A DNA stretch of 64,000 nt, taken from positions 18,166,001 through 18,230,000 of the forward strand of contig JBHGNT010000009.1 of NCBI GenBank assembly GCA_043228905.1, read 5' to 3'. This DNA comes from Azolla caroliniana. Lineage: Eukaryota; Plantae; Polypodiophyta. Positions 12,334 through 21,338 of the stretch are shown piece after piece; the stretch's first letter is position 1, and each line of letters begins with the position of its first letter. A program made the position numbers and the translations under genes. The notes beneath the pieces are model-generated. The model ran no database searches and was not told the origin of the DNA. It saw only the letters and a list, made by a program, of their open reading frames with translations.

Positions 12334-12693
12334 CGTCACACTAACAGAAAAAAAAAAACGAAGTAATCATGCAAAAGCGAGGAATGAATGGACGAAAGAG
12401 CGAAGAGCGAAAAGGTACGTAGTGGGCATTTAAAGCGCCACCACAAGACATAATGCTAATTTAGTACACGACGTGCACACACTCGAAAAAGGCGCCAGAA
12501 TGCACAGAGAAAAACCACTACGCGTGGAAACCTCTACTTTCGAGAACCCAGGAGCACAGAAGCACCAAGGCGCTGCAAGATCATCAGACGAGAACCTACG
12601 CACAGAGAACCCCCGCTATCTGAACTCTCTCTCTCTCAATCTCACTCTCATCACCATCCAACCTCGCCACCGCAATCCGACCTCGACACAGAC

Positions 12694-15600
12694 ATGGACC
12701 CACAAACACCGTCGGAGGCCGCCAAGACATGGCTAAAGCAACACGGGCTCGAGGGCTTCTTGATGATGATGGAAGTACCGCCACACAAAGAAGCCGACAA
12801 GGTGATCAAAGAAATCGACACAGAGGTCATAACGGCGGAGGCGATTCGAGCGTTAACAGGCCTTCCGGAGGGAGGCATACTCACGATTGACAATCCGACC
12901 CCGGAGCAACTCATCAGGTATTTTGGTGAGTACTCCCTAGCCAGCAAGGGCTACCGGACACAGGGCGGCGGAGATATGTCGTTCCGCGAGATTGCTCGTG
13001 TGCTCCACGAATACGGTCATGTGTACCCTAGACCCCCTATCGTGCCGCAGAATCGGGTAGGGATGATAATCGCCACCTATGAAGGTATCAAGGTGGATTG
13101 GCCGGTATTGATCGCAGACGGGTTGTGTGCGGCGATCGAGATCATTAGAGGCAAAGACGGCAAAGAAGGCCGAGACGGACGGAGGATATGGCACGCCGTA
13201 ACGCAGTGGCTCACCTTGCTTGTGCCACCCGTCCAGCCCGTCCAGCCCAAGAAGCGAGGAAGAGCAGCGGAGGGCACCCCAAAGACGACTTCCAAAAGAC
13301 AACAGTTGTTGGCCTCTAAGGCCACTAAGGGGAAGGCGGCGGACGTAGAACAGGCGGGAAAGGAAAGCGGCAGCCAGAAGCGGCCAACGGATGCGCAGGA
13401 GGAACCACCGGCACGGCTCGTAAAGGTTACACTCTGCCGACCGGTGAATAGAGAAGCGGACCCTTTGGCGGTGTCGTGAAGTACGAAAGCTTCACAATAA
13501 AAATCTACAATAAGATAAATACGTAACTAAAATAACATTTGATAATGTTTTATATATAAAGATAATATTAACAACACATATGATAATATTATATATATGT
13601 AAAGAAAAATAATATATATATATAGATAAATATATTATATTACACGAACAAGAGAGGACTTGAACCAATAACCCCACCCTATGACTCTCAAATCTTACCA
13701 TTTACTCTATACTAGTAATATACATAAAATAAAGCATACTTTATATATACTTTATATTACATAAAGGATTTGCTTCATGATATAAAAATAAAGTTGTATG
13801 TTGTATTCAATAGCATTTTGAGACTCGAACCCACAACCTCATCCATCAAAGTTGACACACCTACCATTAAGCTAGGCCCTTTCTCTTTAAGGTTATGTTT
13901 TCATGTTTATTGTTATTGCATATATTGTTTCATACATAAAAGCTCAAATGAGCGAGATGTTTATCATGCATCACATGTAATGCATGAACACCAAATGGCG
14001 ATCATGCATCACATGCATTTCATGCACTACATGCATGATTTGTACCCTCCAATGCATCATATGCATGGGGGCACCTATTTAAATGGTGAAAGAGAAGATC
14101 AAAGGGGGGGATGTATGAGATATCAATCAAATTATATATTTTATAAGAGATACCATAAAAATAGAGAAAGAAGGGAAGAAGTTTAATATAAACGTGGAGC
14201 TCTAGCTTGTCGGTCGTGGTGGTCAACTCTCAACAAGAGGGAGGCGGTTCGAGCCTTATCTTCATCAAAATATTGAAGTGAAGATTGTAATGGTCTACGA
14301 TCAAGAAAGAGAAGAGCGATTACCTTGCAAGACAAAGTTCGGAGGTTCAATGATGTGCACAATCATTTTGTAACTCTTTTATCAAATAATTGTAAATCTC
14401 TTTTATTGCTTCAAATATCATTCTATATCCTATCTTTTCATATCTTGTTGATCACTATTTATCTATCTCTACTCTTTCGTCTCTTCCGTCCATAATCCCA
14501 GTGATTCCTTCCTCACTTTCACGATATCTTTTGTCTAGGCGAGCCACGCCACGACAGCGGCAAAATTCAATGCCGGGACTCAGGAAGAGGAAATAGAGGA
14601 GGAGCCTACGGAGCACCTCCAGCGACGGTCGTCGGCAAGGACCATTGAGGCAGCCAGGAAACGTTCAGACCCTCAGACGGAGGGAACACCGGCTCCCAAT
14701 ACTGAGACTCCCACGCCAAGGGAGGAACTGGAACCGGTGCGCATGGCACCGGAATCAGAAGCCCCGGCACCACCGGCAACACCGGCAAGTCCCACCCCAC
14801 CAGAGCCGAACAGGTCAATACAACCTCCCTCGTCCAGCCAAGAAGAAGCGCAAGGGGAACGAGGACAGCAGGGTGGTCCACAGGCAGAAACGGAATTGCA
14901 ACTAGGCGCAATCAAGCGGGACCACCCATCTACAAGTGAGCCCATCCGTCAAACCTCCGGGCAAACGCAACAACAAGGCACCGGTAGCTTGTGGCTCCGG
15001 TGGGTAGGCGAACAGATTGCCGGAGCAGTGGGATATATTGAGGCGGAAGAAAGAGCGAACGGTTGCTCATCACAACCGAACAACTAGAGACGGCCCGGTC
15101 CAGAATCCGGTGCCTGGAAAAAGACTTGGATCAGGTCACGACAGAGATGGCCAAAATGGCCTTAACGGCAACACAGATCCAATCACCGGTGACTCCGGTA
15201 AGTGTACAGAATAAAGAAACGGATCGACCTGTACATACCAATAAGACCCCGGCAATGGAAAGCGTTCTGGCGAGAGATGCGGCGCAAGACCAGGAGCTTG
15301 CGGAATTGAGAGATGAACTTGCCGCACAAGAAGCGCTAAGGAGCCATGAACGGGAATTGAAGACAACGGCCGAAGCTGAATTAAAGAAGACTGCTGAGAA
15401 CCTCCGCCGGGCAAAGGAGAGCCTCCGGAAAGGCCATCAAGCATACGACCGGCTAAGGGAGGAAAAAGACAAAGTGCTGCAGGAAAAGGACAAGCTGCGG
15501 AAGACGGCGGAAACGGAAATTGAACGGCTAAAGGAAGAGCTCCGCTAGCAAAAGGACCGCGAGGACCGGGCCCGTCGAAAGATCAACGCACGGCTCAAGC

Positions 15601-16583
15601 AAAAGACAGATGATTTTGAGCACCTGCACCGGGACTACAATCGGCTGGAAACGGAGCATAAAGAACGGATGGCCGAGCTCCAACAGGAAGTTGATCGGGC
15701 CGCGACGGCGATCGCCGACGAACGTGCGGAAAATACAAGACGCTTGGACGAGGCGGAGAAGGTTCGGATAGAGCTCCAGAGGCAGCAGCAGGAAGAAAAG
15801 GAGAGAGCATCAACGATATTGCAGAAATTACAAAGCACATATCAAAGGCAATTGACGCATTACAAGGAGCAGGCGGAAGACAACGTCAAAATCATCAAGC
15901 AACTGAAGGAGGAACAACAAGCGGCGGAAACCAAATCGCAATTGGGAACGGGCCGGATTCAATCCATCCTCCGGGCATGGCTGAATCAGACAAAACACTT
16001 GATTGATGAAAGCTTCGTAAGATGGTGGACAAAGTGGGCACAAAACGCGACGGAACTCCAATTGCTACGGGCAGACGTGGCAAACCGGCGAAAGGAAGGA
16101 GATGATTGTTATACATTGATTTCCGAGGACATCATCGCCATACGAGACGAGCTAGCCGACGACTTCCAAGTCCCGGCGGATGAACAGCTGGCGCAGGTCC
16201 GACAACTCGTAGCTCAGCTAGACGATGATAGGCGGGACGCTCAAATCCAGTTTGAAAGCTACGAGCGGTCCCGGGTTCGGGAAGAAAAGGCACGAGCAGC
16301 GACAACAGTTAACCTTAGTGATGAGGAACCGTCACCGGCCGAGGGCCAGCCCGGAACCAGTCAACCGAAGACCACTACGACAGAGGGAGCAACGACGGAG
16401 ACGTCGGTGTCAGAGCAACAAACGGAGGAGCAGCCGCAGCAGCCACCAACGGACCCGTCACAGCAAACATCAACAGAGCAGCAACAACAGCAATAGCAAC
16501 CACAACAACAACAACAACCAATTCCAGATGAACCATTGTAGACTCTCGAACAAAGCATTCTGGATATTTTGGACGAAGAATAG
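12694..16583 (+). pseudogene. Extra 3' ORF of element A (long coiled-coil protein), interrupted by a solo LTR, one frameshift and premature stops
   Basis: ORF 12694-13471 rejoins in frame at 14561 (..PLA/AKFNAGTQEEE..VRMAPES) once the solo LTR and one TSD are removed; continues through 15063-15548 and 15669-16496 (E/K/R/Q-rich heptads). Confidence 0.8.
13472..14556 (+). mobile_element. Solo LTR (1085 bp), 4-bp TSD GCGG, related to element B LTRs
   Basis: Ends TGTCGTG...CACGACA; GCGG at 13468-13471 and 14557-14560; shares the TACCATTAAGC/CATGCA-rich core with 18580-18780. Confidence 0.92.
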
Positions 16584-16637
16584 CAAGGGTCGGTTGTGGA
16601 TTCGACGTACAAGGTATTGTCCCACGAGCGTGCCATG

Positions 16638-17072
16638 TGTTACCGGTTTGCAAAGGAGTCCAGAGTGTGAAACGGGGAGTTATTTAAGTAGTAGGAATGT
16701 GGTTGTAATTAAGCTATGAGTGTGGACGGACGGACCGGAATCGGTATGCCGTTCCGGATCCGGACCGATCCCGAACAGGTGCGGATGGCACCGTTTTGTT
16801 ATACAGACCGGAAACCTATTTAAAGGCCCGGATACAATGTAATGAATAACGGTTAATTAATAAAGCTTAGTGTTGCTATCTCTCTGTGTTAATTGTCGTT
16901 CTGCCTTCATTGTTATATCTTACGCGTGTGATTATTAAAGACGATCATGTTAAGTAACCTAATTAAGTCGGATTAATCGTTGAGTCTAATCCTGTTGCCG
17001 TAACACCCCTTTGGTGAAGTGTCTTCCGTAGACACCCTGTGTTAGGCCATTGTCCGGCCCTAAGATTTAACA
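16638..17072 (+). repeat. 3' LTR of element A
   Basis: Direct repeat of 10057-10491. Confidence 0.95.
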
Positions 17073-17915
17073 CATCCCCTCCTCTTGATGCTCAAATATG
17101 CCAACTGGGGTTTCCCATGATACCCAACATATATTTCCCCACTTGATTGAGCCTTCCACCAAGCATAATTGCAACAAGTGGCCAACCCCCCGCCATATTC
17201 GATGGGACGTTGGGCAATCCCACAGAGCATTTCATATTGATTCTACTGCATTTGGACACTCTACACAATTAGGAGAGCTAAGGTGCCCACGTTGCCATGC
17301 TCCCATCGGTAGTGACTTATGTATTAATAGCCATTGGAACGTGGTAATTCGCCTCGTGTGTTGTTGTTTCTAGATTTTCTACCAAAACTTGGTGATAATT
17401 GTGTGAGGAACTTGATATGTGTGCCAAACCTTTGCAACAGTCGGCTCTCAGGCGGTTTGAGTAGCTAGAATGTAGTGACCCAATCTAGTTGTGAATTGGA
17501 AGAAAGGGATGGGTTTGCTTCCTTGCCCCGCGTAAGGATCACGCCATGTCCATTGCAAAGGGTCCCAACTGACCTTACATACCCATGTGTTTTCATGAGT
17601 ACATATGTGCCAATCGGGTTGTATTTTGATCGGATCAAGATCTATAATCTATTTATGACCAATATACGCAAGTACTCGAATTGTGTTATTCTGTGTTGGT
17701 GTCTCCGTGTCTCGCAATTCAGAGCCTTCGATCCTGTATGGTGTTCCCGTACCTCTCGTGATCAAAGATCCCTCCTCCTCGAGGCCTATCTATTTCTCCA
17801 TTGTTGTCTTTGAGTAACAACTTCCCTAATCAGTAGAGCGTTAATGATTTCCGATCCGCCCTTGATTCCATGGAGTATGTTGGCTTGATCTTGTAGTGAC
17901 AGTGACATAAACCGT
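17073..17915 (-). mobile_element. L1 LINE ORF2, 3' part (zf-RVT region), between elements A and B
   Basis: 17078-17222 aligns with 4266-4412; continues across element B from 25965; a ~12 bp remnant (CCAAAGTCATCC) lies left of element A at 10045-10056. Confidence 0.8.
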
Positions 17916-19060
17916 TGTCGTGAAGATTTTCGACAATAGTGTGAAAATCCCATAAAACGTACAAAATCGAGTATGAATCACATAATACAATAATTGTGAA
18001 GATAACATTTTAAATAAATTTAAGTACAAAATGATGGAGGTTTCGAATGCACTTTATTACACGAGAAACGGACAACTAAATGTCAAGATATGAGGGTATA
18101 AAGTTTGTGAAAGGAAAAGAGAAAATTGTGAGATATCCCACATAGGGACAACAAATACGGCTCTCATCATATATAAGGTAGAGCAAAAGATATTATCTTT
18201 GTGTCTATGTGTGGAGCATAGAGAGTTCAAGGTAAATTGAACTAAGAGTGGAGGTGGGCTAGCTACTCGTAAAGGGTTTAGGCCAACCAAAACCAGACCG
18301 GCGATGGAGCCGGTGATCCGGCGCCAGTGAGACACCGGCATCCGACGGCATCCGGCGGTGGCACAGGTATCCGGTGACGGCGAGTCAGCGGCATCCGGCG
18401 AGGCACAGGTATCCGGCGGCAACCGGCGACGGCATCAGACGAGGCACCAGTAACCGACGACATTCGACGAACCGGCGTCCGACGACTAGATAAATAAATA
18501 TATAAATATATATACATATACAAGGAGGGCAAGTAAAGATTCGAACCTTGCACCTCCGAGTTAGGAGTCAATTGGCTTACCATTAAGCCATGCCATTTAG
18601 TTAAATTTATATTTCTATCATTGTACTTTTACGTGTAAATTCTCATACATGAGAGCTAAAATGAGTGACATGGTTATCATGCACCACATGTAATACATAA
18701 GCGCCAAATGGCAAGCATGCATTTTATGCATGTCTTATACCCTCACATGCATCATATGCATGAGAGGATCTATAAAAGAAGGAGGGGGGAGGAGAAAAAA
18801 CACGTTATTTTTAGGTTATGAAATTAAGAAGAAGAAATTCATTATCAAATTGATCGTGTAACTTGTTTCTTAAATCTAAAGATAAAAGTTCAATCAATCT
18901 CTCTCAATCGTTTAATCTCAACTTCTCTCTTTCCCAATCTATCTTAAGTACTTTCTCGCTAAAGCTTGCGCCAAAGCTTGTACCGACTTTGAATCCTTCC
19001 GGTCCAGAACCCCGGCGGTTCCGCCTCACGATCCGCGCGTAGTGACGGATCTTCACGACA
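17916..19060 (+). repeat. 5' LTR of element B (1145 bp)
   Basis: Direct repeat of 24880-25964; differs mainly in a CCGGC-rich tandem array. Confidence 0.95.
18528..18595 (-). promoter_or_regulatory. tRNA-like module with Pol III box A/box B inside the LTR (copy at 25432-25499)
   Basis: TGGCTTAATGG (box A) in a GCTT/AAGC D-like stem; GGTTCGAATC(C) (box B) in an AAGG/CCTT T-like stem in the 3' LTR copy; weak acceptor stem. Confidence 0.7.
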
Positions 19061-19068
19061 TAATTAAG

Positions 19069-19086
19069 TGGTGAACCCGACGTGAA
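19069..19086 (+). other. Primer binding site complementary to tRNA-Trp
   Basis: TGGTGAACCCGACGTGAA is the reverse complement of TTCACGTCGGGTTCACCA, the 3' end of plant cytosolic tRNA-Trp as recalled; 8 nt downstream of the LTR. Confidence 0.8.
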
Positions 19087-19121
19087 AGAGGCGGTAGGAA
19101 GGATCAAGTCGAGATTAATAC

Positions 19122-21338
19122 TTGGAGATGGCGTCCTCAAGCAACCAAGCGGGAGAGCTCGAAAGGATGATGCTAATCGTCGAGCAAATGATGAGATCTC
19201 GGGACAACGACGCGAGCATGGAGAAGGTTGTCGATCGTGTCGTAGAGATCGAGGGCCAATTCGATGGAAGGAACGTTACGAAGTTCCTTGATGCATATAG
19301 AAGGGAGATGAATCAGAGGGACGTTTCCGAGGCACGTCAAATTGCAAGCTTCAAGAGAGTTGTCACCAACAACATCCAAAGATGCGTCATCGAGCTTCAA
19401 GAAGGTAAGACAACATGGTCCGAGTTCGAGAAAACGATACTAGCGGAGTTCGTGACTGAAGACTCAACGAGGATGACTCGACATGCCCTGATGAAGTGGA
19501 TAGAGAAGAAGAATAAGAAGATGAGCGTCTCGAGGGTGTACGACGAATTCGACCAGATGTTTAGTCTTCTCCCCAATACGAACCAAGTGTTGCTTGAAGA
19601 GGACAAGACTTTGTACTTCTTGAAGGCCGTGGACATAAAGGATAGACGGGAGTTGGGGACTCTTCTCGAAGATGATACCCAAGCAAATGGGCTCGTAGCG
19701 GACTGGATCGCGGTGAAGCGGGCATGCAATAGGCTCGACAAGCATCGCCAATGGGTTGATGACACCAACTTGACGGGATCAACTACCACGGAGAAAGCAA
19801 GACCGCCGAAAGTAGCTGAGCCGCCAAGACAAAGTAACGTGGAAGAAAAGAAGATTGATGACGACATCATTGAAGAGCTAGCGAAGAAGTTCGAGAAGGT
19901 CACGCTAGCCAACATGAATCGTCGGGGCCCTAAAGGAAAAGAACCCTTTAGATGCGTGTGGTACGATAGCATGGACCACATGAGAAGGGATTGTGCGAGC
20001 CTTCGAGAGGCGATTCGACAAAATATCGTATACATAGAGGACAACATGATCTGCTCAAGCGAGACTAGAAGACCCCTACGGGTGAATTTCGGAAGAGGAG
20101 GGATGAAGAAATCTATGGAGGATGCCGATGCGACTCATGTGGATGCGATGCACTATGCTGCGTCGGCCGGAATAAGAGTTGGGAAAGACAAGACTGAAGC
20201 TGCTAGAGCGGGAGCAAAGTTTTGGACTTCCGTTCTCGAATATGAGAAGAAGGGAAAAGTCACATCGAACGAGGTAGAGCTTGCGGACCGAAGCGTGCAA
20301 AGCATAACCGGGTGGTCGAATCCGGTGGACGACAACACCATACTCGCAGAGGTGATGTGTGACAACCACGAGGTGTTCGTCGAAGAAAAGAGAAAGAGAA
20401 TAGAAGAGCAAGGGCCATCAAAAAGACATGAAACAAGGAACGCGAAAAAGAAGGACGATGCGGAGACGAGTCGACCTTTACAAACGGAGGAGCGAGAATC
20501 AAGCCGAAAAGGGGAGCCGAGCATACAAGTTGAAGAAACGGTTCGGCCCGTGAAGGTTGGTGTCGAAGACCCCGCTCGGAGGACAAGGACTATACCTACC
20601 TATAAGCTAAGGTCGGACATAGAGCAGACGACAGACCTAAAGAAGATTCTCGAAGAACGAGTTCTTGATAGCCACGTAACTTTGTCCTTGAGGGAATTGC
20701 TTGGCATTACGAAGAAGGAGTTCCATGACACGATCGTGGACCTTGTAAAGAGAAAGAGACAACAATCGGACGAGGAAGAAGAGAAGCCGCAAAAAGCAAA
20801 AACGAATGCCATAACGATGGCAAGAGACGAAGTCGATGAAGATATGGTGGACAGCCACTATAGTCGACCTCATTGGGCACGAGCGAGAACGGAGACGTCG
20901 GTGAAGATCAGGGAGAAGAAAGAGACCGTGGTAGCCTTGATCAACCACGGCTCAGAGATCAATCTCATGTCAACCGACTTCTACAAAAAAGGAAGATGGC
21001 CAATCAATACAAACCACGGATGGAAGATTCACGCGGCAACAAAGTCTACGGAGGACTTGTACGGAGCTTGTCCCAATATCAAAGTCACAATCGGGGATGT
21101 GGAGATGGAACAACACTTCTTCGTACAAGAATTGGCGTCGCATCCTGTCATCCTAGGGAAACCTTATATCACATCATCTCGGATGGAGACCAAAGTGTTC
21201 GATAATGGAGCAGCCTTCGCACGAATAAAGAGTCTTGACAACCAAAGATCGGTCCAATTCCTTACGGTGCGAGCCAATCATGAAAGGAATCGAGATAGTC
21301 TCGGAGGCGATCCTCGGATTTTTAGAGCAGACTATTGA
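19122..21338 (+). CDS. Gag-protease ORF of element B (probable inactivating substitutions)
   Basis: 738-aa ORF; zinc knuckle CVWYDSMDHMRRDC (second Cys lost); protease site ALINHGSEIN (Asp replaced by Asn). Confidence 0.85.
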   Translation: MEMASSSNQAGELERMMLIVEQMMRSRDNDASMEKVVDRVVEIEGQFDGRNVTKFLDAYRREMNQRDVSEARQIASFKRVVTNNIQRCVIELQEGKTTWSEFEKTILAEFVTEDSTRMTRHALMKWIEKKNKKMSVSRVYDEFDQMFSLLPNTNQVLLEEDKTLYFLKAVDIKDRRELGTLLEDDTQANGLVADWIAVKRACNRLDKHRQWVDDTNLTGSTTTEKARPPKVAEPPRQSNVEEKKIDDDIIEELAKKFEKVTLANMNRRGPKGKEPFRCVWYDSMDHMRRDCASLREAIRQNIVYIEDNMICSSETRRPLRVNFGRGGMKKSMEDADATHVDAMHYAASAGIRVGKDKTEAARAGAKFWTSVLEYEKKGKVTSNEVELADRSVQSITGWSNPVDDNTILAEVMCDNHEVFVEEKRKRIEEQGPSKRHETRNAKKKDDAETSRPLQTEERESSRKGEPSIQVEETVRPVKVGVEDPARRTRTIPTYKLRSDIEQTTDLKKILEERVLDSHVTLSLRELLGITKKEFHDTIVDLVKRKRQQSDEEEEKPQKAKTNAITMARDEVDEDMVDSHYSRPHWARARTETSVKIREKKETVVALINHGSEINLMSTDFYKKGRWPINTNHGWKIHAATKSTEDLYGACPNIKVTIGDVEMEQHFFVQELASHPVILGKPYITSSRMETKVFDNGAAFARIKSLDNQRSVQFLTVRANHERNRDSLGGDPRIFRADY

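Larger units (their letters stand above)
10057..17072 (+). mobile_element. LTR retrotransposon A (Ty3/gypsy, Athila/Tat-like), internally deleted, 5-bp TSD CATCC
   Basis: 435-bp LTRs at 10057-10491 (TA..CA) and 16638-17072 (TG..CA), nearly identical; CATCC at 10052-10056 and 17073-17077; PBS-like TGGCGACCAC at ~10499 (complement of the tRNA-Arg 3' end); integrase present, no PR/RT/RNaseH seen. Confidence 0.95.

Noticed and set aside
18296-18485. CRISPR-like array
   Set aside because: Irregular short units without unique spacers; part of a eukaryotic LTR
18528-18595. Functional tRNA gene
   Set aside because: Acceptor and anticodon stems are poor and it lies inside LTRs; kept only as a tRNA-like module
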